Assembly (NCBI GenBank): GCA_048013815.1
Contig: CM106586.1
Coordinates: 6,882,001-6,946,000 of the forward strand
Length of the DNA stretch: 64,000 bases
Reading direction: 5' to 3'
Source: Setoptus koraiensis
Taxonomy: Eukaryota; Animalia; Arthropoda
In this document: positions 12,845-24,373 of the stretch, in pieces
Numbering within the stretch: the first letter of the stretch is position 1
Layout: the number at the start of each line of letters is the position of its first letter
Notes under the pieces: generated by a model
Told to the model about the DNA's origin: nothing
Seen by the model: only the letters and a program-made list of their open reading frames with translations
Database searches by the model: none
Translations under genes and position numbers: made by a program

Positions 12845-13794
12845 CTGACTCCGTCGTCGGCGTAGGACATGTCGCGCAATTTGTATCGCGACAGGGAATT
12901 TGCTGATAACGGTGATACTGGCGATTGGCACGTCTGTTGTTGTTGTTGTTTTTGTTGCACAGTGTTGTCGTCGTCGTCTTGGTCGTTGTCATTGTTGCTA
13001 TTGTTGTCGGTGTTGTTGTTGTTGCTGTTGTCGTGTAAGCCATCGACAAATTGAATGTCTTCACCGGCACCACTCAGCAGCGACAAAACACTGGCGCCTG
13101 TCGGCGCTGCCTGGCTGCTGGCAAGTTGTCGCGACATGTTGTTGTCGCTGTTGTTGTTGCTCATGCTTGCTGCTGTTTGTTTGCCGGAAACAGCTCGCTT
13201 GTTGTTGTTGCCGTTGTTGCTGTTGTTGCTGTTGTTGCTGTTGACGGCGCGCTTGTATTGGCAGTTGTCGTTGTTGTTTGTATCCGGCTCTACGCTTGCA
13301 CTATTGGCCGAATCAAAATCACCTGTGAGGCCCGCGCCGGCAAAAGTGCAACTTGGCGCATAGTTGTGACAGCCAGAATGCGAGCAACAATTAGCGAGGC
13401 TCTCTTGTTTCCTGTGTCGGCACCGATCCTGGTCTGTTTGCTGTTGTTGTTGTAGCTGCTGCTGTTGTTGTTGTTGTTGTTGATGATGTTGTTGCTGCTG
13501 TTGATGTTGTTGTTGGTTGTTGTGTAACGCGTACTTGCTCGACGCCGGCAAGGCAACGTGGCCCACCAGACTATTGCACAATTTGCTCAAATGACCTGTA
13601 CCACTGTCACCTGTCTGTTGTTTATTGTTGTTCATGCTGACCGACTTGCCCTTACCTGATGGCGCACGAATATCCGTTTGTGTTTGGCCACTCGATCGGT
13701 GTTTTGCGCCGGTCAGCAGTTGCTGCTGCTGCTGTTGTGGTTGTTGCTGCGGTTGTTGCTGTTGTGCTGGCTGTGGTTGTTGATGTTGTGCTAG

Positions 13795-13850
<56 letters not shown>

Positions 13851-14412
13851 GGTGGTGGTGGTGGCGCGCGCAATTATTATTGTTGGATGCGAGTGACGAG
13901 GATGACGAGCGGCCAGCATGGGCCTTGTTGTCAGTGTCGGTGACAGGCAACGGCACTGTTGTGTCACTCTGGTGTCTGTTGTCGTTGGCAGCTATTGCGT
14001 CGATGTCACACTGACCATACTGATGATTATGACGATGATGATGATACTTTTGCGACTGATTGGTGCCCGTTGTGTGCACGATGCTAACAATTGATTCGCT
14101 TTTTCTTCTTTTTTGTTGTCTTGTCAGCAAAGTCTCTGGCGCTTGCTGTTGCTGCTGCTGTTGCTGTTGTTGTTGCTCTGTTAGGTGATTGCTTATTGCA
14201 TAATAATTTGCTTGCTGTTGTTGTTGTTGCTGTTGCGTAACAGTGTGCGTTTGTGGGGGTCGTGCCAATGACGGTGCTCGTGCTTGTGCTCGTAACGGTG
14301 CTAGTGCTTGTTGTACAGGTGAGGTGGGTGCTGTTAGTGTTGCTGGCGCTGGCAGCGACAGTGACGGTGACAGTCTAATGGCATCGGGCGCATAGGGTCG
14401 CTCTCTCCTCAT
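12845..14412 (-). CDS. Probable first coding exon of an unidentified low-complexity (polyQ/polyH/polyN) protein; downstream exons not assigned
   Basis: Open frame of more than 520 codons from ATG at 14412 (MRRERPYAP...). It contains homopolymer tracts separated by non-repetitive segments and ends at a consensus donor AG|GTGAGT (intron starts 12844, phase 2). A further minus-strand GTGAGT donor at 15742 fits an upstream non-coding exon. No family motif recognised. Confidence 0.65.
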
Positions 14413-14784
14413 TCTAGTCTCGCTCAACAAGCGGCCAAGCGGCGATAGCTGTCACTGTTGACTGTTGTGGCAACTATTGCGCACTATTTCCGCTGCACCG
14501 CGTTATTTACCGCGCGTTATATTTGCTGCACCGTGTTACGCAATACGCCGTACACCGCGTTATGCAAACCACATACACGCTCGCTACCTGCACGGGGTGC
14601 AAACAATAAACAACAGGTAAACACACAATAAACAACGCGCCAGCACAATGCTGATTTGATTGTGCGATATTGGTATCGGCGGAATGATTTCGATCGTTGC
14701 GATGTGATACGATTATGAACTGCTGTTTGCTCTGTTGTTGCTATTTACTTGTGTGTGTGCGTGTGCGTGTAGCAACAACAACAA

Positions 14785-14786
<2 letters not shown>

Positions 14787-14816
<30 letters not shown>
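14787..14816. repeat. (GT)n microsatellite
   Basis: Directly visible. Confidence 0.95.
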
Positions 14817-14817
<1 letters not shown>

Positions 14818-16307
14818 TCGTCTCAACAGTCCACGCCAACAACAATCGACGCGCCACTGACAGCGCGACCAGCAGTCTATTACGTAACGGCGCAATTGGT
14901 ATTGTTGTTGTTGTTGTTGCCAGCGAGCAGCGTTGCGTTGTTAGTGCGTCAAAACAATGTTTGCGTTGCGCAACGCGCGCGCACAAACACGCGCTCAACG
15001 CGCGCCACTGGCGCGTGCCCGTTATTTGGCCAGCAACTAGCGATGTGCTGGCTCGATTGTGATCAAATTTAAACTAACCCGCTCGCCGGCTTCGTTGCCG
15101 ACTTGGCTTCGAGCGCCTCCAAACGAACGGGCGCCGCATCACACCTAAAACAACCAACTGGTCGCAACAACCGATTGAACGAGCCAATCGCCCGCCACTA
15201 ACTAAGCTTGTGAGCTCACGACAACACGCCGGGCGCCCCATAGATGCGAATCATCGGATCGATACAGCGCTCGGCCCCCTGGATACACCGTCGGCAAGCG
15301 TCGCGTGTGTTGCGTAACCTGCGCTCGCTATTGCGTAAGCTGCGCTCGCTGCTCCACGCGGACAGATTATTCTCCGTTTGTGTATTATTATTTATTATTA
15401 GTATTTATTATTGTTGTCGTTGCGCCCGCCGATTGCCGCTTGCCACTAGCTTGCCACCGCTTGCCACCGCTTGCCACCGCTTGCCACTGGCTTTCCACAG
15501 TTAGCTTGTCACAGCTAGCTTGCCACGGCTAGCTTGCCACCATCTGTCCCGCCACCAGCTAGCTTGCCGAAGCTAGCTTGCCGAGGCGAGCTTGCCACGC
15601 CGGCCACTGACATTGTGAGAGCTTGCCGCTGACATTGTGAGAGCTCGCCAGTTTGTTAAGTGAGCTGAGTAAGCTAAAGTTGCTTACATTATGCACTCAA
15701 AACGCTGCCTGAAACGGCCACTCGCTCTCGTCGGCGACTCACCCACCCGCTGCCGCCGTAACCTGGCCCCGCTGCCGCCCGCCATTATTGCGCCATTTAA
15801 TGCTATTTAATGCCGCTATATCGGCTGAGGCACCACATTTAGTATACATGTAATATATATAATGATTATGCAATAGCCATACAACAACCACTGCTCGTGC
15901 CACTAGTTAAACCACTTAAATGCACGCCAATAAATGAAAAACAAACTAACTAGATAGAGAGCGGCAAAACTGCTGGCAAGCCAGCACTTGCCAACAGCGC
16001 CACCACACCGTGTATTATTGCAACACGGATCGACCGGGATTGGGGGGCCCGAGAGAGAGAGAGATTTAGATGGTACACATACAACTGTAAGATTGCGCAA
16101 CCTGTGGCGCCATCTATTGGTGCGTCTTCAAACTGCATTCAATACAATTGAATTACGAGACATTCAAAGCGATCGAGTGGAGTGAGGGGGCGGCACAACA
16201 ACAGGAAGTCCGGTGTTAGCGGTGAATTGGGCCCGTCAGGCTTGCCGCGAGCTTGCCAGCGGACAGCAACGGCCTGTGCACGAGACGCACGGGCACTGCG
16301 CCCAGCC

Positions 16308-16372
16308 CGAGCGACGGGACGAGTCCGAGCAGCGGGACGAGTCCGAGCAGCGGGACGAGTCCGAGCAGCGGG
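16308..16372. repeat. 18-nt tandem repeat x3.5
   Basis: GAGCAGCGGGACGAGTCC units. Confidence 0.9.
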
Positions 16373-16862
16373 ACTAGGCACCTTTAATCGAGCCATCAAA
16401 GCGATCGGGCGTGTTTGTCGGGACAGCGGAGACAGGGAGAGGGGAGAGGAAGACACTAAACGACTTGAGCGTGACTCTCGATCATCATTTTAGCGTGCGA
16501 GTGTGACGATATTGGGGCCCGCGATATTGCATCCGGCCGACAGGCTCACTTGACCGGCCGCGACCGACCGGCCGCGCCAGAGCAGCCGCGCCAGACTCGA
16601 CGCACGCGGGCACCTTGCTGTTAACTGGCCGCTCTGACGCGTCGGCAGACAATTCCTTGTAGCTGCTGGCCAGCAGCTGAATTATTTGACGGGCCAGCAA
16701 AAAACGACGGGCAACTTGGCCCGTTTTGGGCGGCCCATCATCATGGCAAACATTGGTGGCGTTGCGCCGCGTTGGTTGCGGCTTGGTTGCGACAGCGTTG
16801 CCGTGGCATCGTGATGGCGGCCGCCATGTGACCGAGAGCGCGTGTAAAGTGACTTTGTGACC

Positions 16863-16943
16863 AGCTAGTTATGTAAGCTAGCTGTTGTACAAGCTAGTTA
16901 TGTAAGCTAGCTGTTGTGCAAGCTAGTTATGTAAGTTAGCTGG
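16863..16943. repeat. 29-nt tandem repeat x3 with internal dyad
   Basis: AGCTAGTTATGTAAGCTAGCTGTTGT(A/G)CA units. Confidence 0.9.
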
Positions 16944-18172
16944 TTACATGTTAGTGTATGAGAGGGACATGGGGCCAAGCAAACACGAGCGGGCGCACAA
17001 TGTGAAGCGTGCCAGTTATGGCATAATATAACCATATCTCACCAGCGGAGTGACACACGGTGGCAGAAAAAGTGAGACAACTTAACATTGGACTTGGCGC
17101 CGCGCCGACAGCGGGCCGGACAGCGAGCCGGACAGCGAGCCGACAACGAGCCAACAGCGAGCCGGCCAACGAGCTTCGCAAACAAACGGCCAGCACGCGA
17201 AGAAGCGGCCGCCACGAGCGAGGGGCCACGCGAAGTCTTGTGAGGGGCGCGAGGCGAGGCGACGCGGCCCGGCCAAGCCCTGGCAGGGTGTTGGCTGTCC
17301 GATGGGGGCCAATCAGCGGCCAAGACGAGGCCGAAAATTGGCGCTGTCATACTTGGGCCTGTACTTGTCTACGTAGGCCGTCACGAAGGGGCCCCAAGTT
17401 GTACGTTGGTTGTCATAAAGGGGCCTTTGTTGTGGCACGTTGGAGCATGGCGCAACAACCGTCGTTTATCCGGCTGCGCAGTGTGCCGCTACACACTGGC
17501 GGCCAGTCTTGCCCGTCCAGCGGGCCGCCATTGGGCACGGGCCGCCATTGGGCGCGGGCGAGACGCGCCGCTGTGGGCCGCTGTGATGCAAGACTCGAGC
17601 AGCTGTCGCTGAGCTAGGCTGGGCTGAGCGGGCCGGGCCGGGCCGGGCCGGCGCACGGCGGTCAGGTTGCGCTCGGATGCATTAGCGCATATTGGTTTTT
17701 GCGCCCGGCCGGCTATTATTAGTGTAGCCCTTATTATGGTTAGGGGCGCAATCATGCCGGCAATTCAATAACGACGCCGCACAGGCCAGCAAGGTGTCTT
17801 GTTTAATCTTGCAATCTCGTTATAAGATTGCGAGAGGCGCCAGACGGGCCTCAGTCAGTGCGGCATTATACTCAGTCAGTATAGTGCCGCACTGACTGTG
17901 CGGCCACACTGCCGCCATCGGGCGCCTCTATTATCGCCCCTATCCGCACCGACCCACCGACCGACGTATCGGTGTCCCCTTTCAGGGCTTGCGGCGGCCT
18001 ATCAAGCCCTTGAAGTTGCGACTTGCGCGCGCTGTAAAGTGCAGTCAAGGGGGGCGAGGGGGGTCACTTTAGATTGTCAGCACACGTATTTTACCCACGA
18101 ATGGGGGGAACCGCACCGCGCGTTGGGACGGAATTCATTAATGGATTGGCGCTATGATGGCGCCAACATACA

Positions 18173-18174
<2 letters not shown>

Positions 18175-18234
<60 letters not shown>
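18175..18234. repeat. (AC)n microsatellite, ~30 units
   Basis: Directly visible. Confidence 0.97.
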
Positions 18235-18236
<2 letters not shown>

Positions 18237-18863
18237 CGCTTTCCTTTGCCTTCGGTAAGGGCCGCATTTCGCTTCGCTTACCCATTATCCGCATTACACA
18301 ACAAGTATTGCGACAGCCGAGATTATTGGGTGACATGAGGCGAATGAGGGGACAGGGGAGAGCCGCAATAAGCGGCCTATGGGAGAGCCGCAATAAGCGG
18401 CCAATGGGAGAAGGAGCGAGTTGGCAAAAGAAAAGAAATGAAGCCGCCAAGTCAAGTTGAGATGTGCTCGCGGCCCGGTGCTGCGAATTGATGTGCCGCA
18501 GCGCCGCCACGCACTTGTCGTCGTCAAATCATCAGCAGCGCATACTATTGCGAGTATCGTAATAGTATTTTGCGTATTACGTAACAGCGGCTACGTGCAA
18601 TCCGGCACAATCCTGGCTTGTGTGCCTGGCATGCTGCTGCAGCAGCACCCGTGTGCTGTGCCGTGCGTGCGTGTGTGTGTGTGCCGTACTGGCTGACAAA
18701 AAGTTTGCACAGTACGTTACGTCATGCCTAATAGCCACATTGATTCAGACGGCCACGGTGAGTCAACCACAATGAATAACAATGGCGCAAAAACGAGCAA
18801 CATGCCGCTCACTGCACACTGCAATATTGCTCCCTTTCTCTCTCTCCCTCTCTCCCTACTCAG

Positions 18864-18875
18864 ACACACACACGC

Positions 18876-18914
<39 letters not shown>

Positions 18915-18957
18915 CACACACGCACACACACACACACACGCACACACACGCACACAC
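18864..18957. repeat. (AC)n/(ACGC) compound microsatellite
   Basis: Directly visible. Confidence 0.95.
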
Positions 18958-20241
18958 CAGCAATCATTAGGAATGTAAACGAGCAGCGGCGGCGGCGGCA
19001 GCAGCCGCTCTCTTGGTCCATTTAAGTTAGAGAGCGCCATTCAATGTGTCTTACGTAACTACTGACATTGGCAAGCTTTGCTAGTTTATGTTGCAACTAA
19101 CACTACAACTGCCATTGCAGCCACTATAGCTGCTACAACTGCTGCCGCCACTACAACTGGCGCGGCCCGCGGCCGTGGTTATACAGACAGAGCATGGTTA
19201 GACGGGCATGGTTAGACGGGCATGGTTAGACGGGGCATGGCGAGTGCTGTGGCAGCAGCAGCAGCGCGATATATAGTGGATGTTGTCGTTGTTGTTGCTC
19301 TTTATTATATCGTCGTCGTCGTCGTCGTATTATCATCATACACAATGATCGAGTGCATCATTGTCGTCATCAACTGTACACAAAAATACACCAGCAACAC
19401 CAGTCTATAACACAAGTTGTAATATACGACACACACACACACACTACGCCACTAGCCATTGTTGTGAATACATCGCAACATCTTTGGCTTTGTTCGTTAG
19501 CTGGCGTTTTATTTTGGCGAAGTATTCGGCCAGTCGTATCACTGCTGCAACTCAATTTTTCTCCCTCTCCCTCTCTCTTTCTCTATCTCTCCCACCCTTG
19601 GTTGCTGTTTGTTTACAGTGTCACCACACAAACAACAACCAATTATTATAATTGATTATATACCGTATTTATCAAACAAATAGTGCTAATACGTACGCAA
19701 ACAGCACTCTATAAACAATAACACACACACACACAATATCATCACAATTATAATCACCTTTGCGCGCCTACCTACACACACACCGACAAACCCGCGACCT
19801 AGGCTACGTGGCGCGTCACGTGTACGCGCAATCATTATTATAATTATTAAAACCATAACACACACTCAACAACATAGCTAATCTTACCACATAATCGTAA
19901 CAACAATAGAAACAACAACATTTCTAATCCATTCATTACTAATGATAATAGTATGATACACACATATGGTCGACATTCAAACAACCGGTATATAATCACA
20001 ATAGCGATGCCAACAACAAAACACTTCAAGTAGTCATAGTGCTTTATTTGAGTGCTACCAAACAAGCTCATGTGACACTCTCCCTGTTTCACTGTTGACT
20101 GTAAATCAACAATGATTACAGCACAATCGACACACCAACCGAAACAATAACAAACAATTCATCAGCCGCCATATTTTCAGCCACTCTATATGATGCCACA
20201 GACATCATTGCATCGCCATAATGATTGTAAACGGCGATTGG

Positions 20242-20247
20242 TCAGTT
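20242..20247 (+). promoter_or_regulatory. Candidate arthropod Initiator (TCAGTT) for the PKI-like gene
   Basis: Matches the Drosophila-type Inr TCAGTY about 30 nt upstream of the ATG at 20278. A 6-mer match only. Confidence 0.3.
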
Positions 20248-20277
20248 TCCATTGAACTCATTTGAACATACTCACAA

Positions 20278-20553
20278 ATGATGTCTGATGCCAATCAAAC
20301 CTCAAATTTAGCAACAACATCTCAACAGCACCAACAACCAGGAACATCACAACAACAACAACAACATCAACAGCAGCAACAACACGAACAAGATCAACTA
20401 CAATCAGGACAAGATAACAACAATGGCCTTCAGGCTAATAGAGGAAGACGAAATGCTCTGACGCCGGAGGTCCATCAAATTGGACCAATCATAGCCACAG
20501 AAATGCAGGTCAAAATGTCCGGTCTTTCACTGGACAATTCCCAAACTAACTAG
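20278..20553 (+). CDS. cAMP-dependent protein kinase inhibitor (PKI)-like small protein, 91 aa
   Basis: GRRNAL pseudosubstrate (PKIA has GRRNAI), followed after exactly 14 residues by MQVKMSGLSL, which matches the PKIA nuclear export signal LALKLAGLDI in hydrophobic register and in K4/G7. Single exon with a polyQ N-terminus. Confidence 0.75.
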   Translation: MMSDANQTSNLATTSQQHQQPGTSQQQQQHQQQQQHEQDQLQSGQDNNNGLQANRGRRNALTPEVHQIGPIIATEMQVKMSGLSLDNSQTN

Positions 20554-20739
20554 TCCTAAAATAATGTAACTATTTAATTACATGAGAAGATTTGTAAACA
20601 CAAAAATATTGATTAAATACAACAAAGATGCATCATTTTTAATAAGAGACAATAATCCAGTAATTTCTCATGTGTGCGTGTGAGTCAGTGGATTGTTCGT
20701 GCCATTCGTGCAATCTATTAATGAGTTTCAACAATTGAT

Positions 20740-23124
20740 TCACCTAACAGGTAAACTGAATCGACTCTTAGGCATACCGATGTCGTTATCTGTTGTTGGA
20801 TTATTATCACGACGTTCAGCCCAGGCCTCCATTGCCAACGAGGAATGATAAGCGACAGGCTGATTGTAGCTCAAAATTTGATCTAATGTTAGCAAGGACA
20901 CTCCGAGTTGATCCTCTCTGGCAAATGGTTGTGCCATTTCTCTTAAAAATCTTTTTGATATATTGACCGCCTCTTCAATACTTAAATTAAGCACGCTGTC
21001 CCGCATATATTCTTGAATCCAGCGCGGTAATTTGCCTCGTTTGTCACTCCTAGAGAAACGTTTGTCCGCAAAACACATTATACCATAGTCTGTCTTACCT
21101 CGCAAAGCTCTCCCGACACATTGAGCGGCATGTCGCATGGCGTCAAATGTGAGAAAATCGTTCTCTCTTATTTGAAATTGGTCTCTCAAATAATCCAAAC
21201 GAGCCTTCAATATCCTAGATTGAGTGTACACATAGGGTATGCCGAACATGATAACACAACGTCCTAAATGGTGATCGAAATCCACTCCTTCAGAAACCTT
21301 ACCTCGAGCAACAGACAATAGGACGGCTCCGCGTCCGTTTTCACATGCTTTGTGGTAATTAGCTAATGCTAAACTAGTCTCATTACTGTCTGTTGTTTCG
21401 ATAAATAAAAGTTTGTGCCTCTGAATTGAATCTATTATTCCTTGTTCGTACCATGTTGTTACAATTTGTTCCATGTAAACATAACTAGTAAAAAAGCAGA
21501 CAATACCATCGGGAACAGATGCAGCCATCTCAATAAGTAAATGACCGTAATTTCTAATAACGGCTAAGTCATTACGAACTTCAAACTGGGACGACATCGA
21601 TACCTGATCATTGCCCTTTGTTACAACCATTGGACAAATACATTGTCGAGCCAGCGTCATGGTGAACGACACTGCGATCACAGGTCGGAAGTCTAGTATT
21701 TTTGGGTACATCGACAAGGGGGAAAGGGTTCCTGACGTGATGATAACCGATGAGAATCTTTCAAAGACTGGTTTAATAGCTATGGAGGCATCCATGCAAC
21801 TGAAATGCATTATGGGATTGGGTATGGTAGGTGCTCGATCATCGAATGGCTCAATAATTAGTGTGAACCCTTTCATATAGGTGCTTATAAGTGTACAAAA
21901 GTTTGATATCAATACAAGTGCAGAAAAATCTGTAACATCGCTAACTTCCAATGTTCTAATAAGAGATCGCAGTCGTTCGGCGCAGAATCTAAGAGGCTTT
22001 CTGTCGATGCAAACCTTATCTTGAATGTCTTTTAAAAAAGCAGCAGGGCTTTCTTGGACAACATGCTGTGTCCTCAGTCTAGTTTTCACATATTCAACAA
22101 GTCTCTTGAGAAAACCAACAAAGTGTTCTGCATTACGTATATTTCCTGGAACTGCTTCTTGTAGAACCTCTGTGGGTAGTACGGGGTTGGACAAAATCAT
22201 ATCGGTTTCTCTAGCTGTGCTGGCTTCTTTTAGTCCTTTCACCAGCCTATCGTATTCTGTCTTAAGTTTAACTTCGTCAACCTGTCTAATACTTCGTATT
22301 GTCTTGGATAGAACGTCTAAACTGGCCTGACTTTTCTCGATGGTCTTTCTAGTAATTGTTACACTCATTGATTCAATACAGACATTGTCGATGTTGTGGG
22401 CCTCATCGAAGACAACAATAGAGTTTCTGGCTAGTTCCTTGGAAACCATGTCAGCAATTTTCGGGTCTAGTAAATAATGATAGCTATAAATGATCACCTT
22501 GGCATATGAGATCGCATGTCGAGCTGTGAAATAAGGGCACCATCCTTTAACGCGCGAAAAATCTTTAAGATCATCAATGGCGTAAACGCCACCAGGTAAT
22601 ATGGCATCTCTACCATGGGCATCATATTCTTCATAGTATACACAAACTTTAGAGCTTGGATCTGCCTTATGTAATGCACGCTTGTGTGATGCTGTCAGAC
22701 TGTAGCAATGGCCATCAACAACTTTACCATCGCGCTCCTTGCTGACATCTGGATGTATGCATAGATTCTTTCGTGAAGACAGACATAGGCCGACAAAATC
22801 CTTGAGACCACTGTCTCGTCCGGTTTTTTGGAATTCTTTATCAATAAAATCGATCAGGTCAGACAGCTCTTTGACTACCTTCTCGATTTCTGGCACAGTA
22901 CGCGAACAATAGATTAGTTTGCTCGCATTGGCCGGATTTTGTATTTGATAGGAAATAATAAGCGCCAATAGTGAGATAGTTTTACCAGTTCCTGAGGGCA
23001 TCTCTAGAAGGCCGTGTCCCTTGGCATCGATGCATTTTTTCAATTCACACATATAATGATACTGCTCCGGGTAGATATAATCATAGGGAAAGTAGACCGT
23101 GAGGCCCTCGATATCGATCTTCAT
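20740..23124 (-). CDS. ERCC2: TFIIH helicase subunit XPD, intronless, 794 aa
   Basis: N-terminus [22 protein letters not shown], Walker [13 protein letters not shown] box (DEAHNID), four Fe-S cysteines (NLCIHP, GHCYSL, KVCVYY, GWCPYF) and C-terminal [17 protein letters not shown]. The stop overlaps a donor-like AG|GTGAAT, so the extreme C-terminus is slightly uncertain. Confidence 0.98.
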   Translation of the reverse strand: MKIDIEGLTVYFPYDYIYPEQYHYMCELKKCIDAKGHGLLEMPSGTGKTISLLALIISYQIQNPANASKLIYCSRTVPEIEKVVKELSDLIDFIDKEFQKTGRDSGLKDFVGLCLSSRKNLCIHPDVSKERDGKVVDGHCYSLTASHKRALHKADPSSKVCVYYEEYDAHGRDAILPGGVYAIDDLKDFSRVKGWCPYFTARHAISYAKVIIYSYHYLLDPKIADMVSKELARNSIVVFDEAHNIDNVCIESMSVTITRKTIEKSQASLDVLSKTIRSIRQVDEVKLKTEYDRLVKGLKEASTARETDMILSNPVLPTEVLQEAVPGNIRNAEHFVGFLKRLVEYVKTRLRTQHVVQESPAAFLKDIQDKVCIDRKPLRFCAERLRSLIRTLEVSDVTDFSALVLISNFCTLISTYMKGFTLIIEPFDDRAPTIPNPIMHFSCMDASIAIKPVFERFSSVIITSGTLSPLSMYPKILDFRPVIAVSFTMTLARQCICPMVVTKGNDQVSMSSQFEVRNDLAVIRNYGHLLIEMAASVPDGIVCFFTSYVYMEQIVTTWYEQGIIDSIQRHKLLFIETTDSNETSLALANYHKACENGRGAVLLSVARGKVSEGVDFDHHLGRCVIMFGIPYVYTQSRILKARLDYLRDQFQIRENDFLTFDAMRHAAQCVGRALRGKTDYGIMCFADKRFSRSDKRGKLPRWIQEYMRDSVLNLSIEEAVNISKRFLREMAQPFAREDQLGVSLLTLDQILSYNQPVAYHSSLAMEAWAERRDNNPTTDNDIGMPKSRFSLPVR

Positions 23125-23782
23125 GTCGATCTGTTGGAAGGCTCACGAACAAGGGGGTTACTGGGGTTATTGATGTGATGCGATGGCCCCAATTGTGATG
23201 ACAACATCTGTCTACCACCACGGTGGTGGCGTGTAAACAGAGATATTTTCGCTAGAAATTGAAACAATTTTTCAGCGCGTTTAGATTGGGTGACTCTATA
23301 GCGATCTCCTGGACAAGTGCGAACCCTGTGTATATGAAAATTTGACCCACTGTGAGAAAAATTGTCTCCCGGTATCTAATAGATGATAATAATATTATTA
23401 TGATAGATAATACGGTATAAATTGGATAATGTTATTTGTAATTAGCGGTTGAGAGGCATGGACGCAATTGAATTGATTCTGATTGGGTTCCCTAGTTCGT
23501 TTACATTGGCCAATGTGCACACATTGCTTTTCACAAACACTACGCATGCGCCCCTAGCGGCAACTTATCTCATCTATTTATATAATATGATACAGATGTC
23601 CTGAAAATAACGATCTTCAGTAGAGCACATTAGCTGTTCTGTTTTAAAGCGTCCCTAGAACTTCATCAAGGTCGTATCATTTTAGAATTTATTACAATTA
23701 ATATAATCTATTATTGTAATATTTCATCTATATTCATTCACAGCTACCATTTCTATATATTCGGTTTCACAGGGAACTCAAA

Positions 23783-24193
23783 ATGATATTATCCAAGCAA
23801 CTACCACTTATTATAGTGCGAAGGAATCATACTAGCTCACCCGTTAAAATTAAGGTGAAAATCGAAGATGTGGCTCTCGCGGCAAGATACGGATTTACAC
23901 CACCCGCCTGGAATCATCCCGATAACCCTTATCGACATGTTCATGAGCCCCCATACAAATTGTGTATGCTGGCAATAGGTTTTGTAATGCTACCAGCTCT
24001 AGCTTTCTTTGGATACAGAGCGTTCACTCATGAATTGGAAGAGGAAAGACACGTCGAGGCACATAGGCCTAAATTTGTGCCATACGAACACTTGCGTATC
24101 AACCGAAAACCATTGCCATGGGGCGACGGTCGCCATGGTTTGTTTCACAACCCAAAGAGAAATCCTTTACCAGATACAGGGTACGAAGAATAA
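23783..24193 (+). CDS. COX6A: Cytochrome c oxidase subunit 6A, 136 aa
   Basis: C-terminal RPKFVPYEHLRINRKPLPWGDGRHGLFHNPKRNPLPDTGYEE matches the COX6A signature, preceded by one TM helix and a basic presequence-like N-terminus. Divergent from ERCC2 across ~660 bp. Confidence 0.95.
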   Translation: MILSKQLPLIIVRRNHTSSPVKIKVKIEDVALAARYGFTPPAWNHPDNPYRHVHEPPYKLCMLAIGFVMLPALAFFGYRAFTHELEEERHVEAHRPKFVPYEHLRINRKPLPWGDGRHGLFHNPKRNPLPDTGYEE

Positions 24194-24373
24194 GGGGCCT
24201 CTCCCACGGCTCCTTCGTTTGGGTCGACAGGTGCTATTGTTCGAAGTAGCCAAGAGTACAGTTATTGACAAAGTAGAGATATTGTATATCGTATAGATAT
24301 GGTCAGGTTAGTTGGACAGGAGAACATGTTCCTGTGAAAAAATTTATTAGAATTGATTAAATATATTCAACAA

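Noticed and set aside
2801-19235. Short tandem arrays as possible CRISPR arrays
   Set aside because: Units are directly head to tail with no unique spacers, there are no cas genes, and the context is eukaryotic.
94-19655. Dozens of 60-280 aa ORFs in the GC-rich domain (e.g. 172..1020, 4982..5587, 17060..17617)
   Set aside because: They overlap in several frames, many lie on microsatellites or minisatellites, many use non-ATG starts, and none has a recognisable motif. This is expected in GC-rich DNA.
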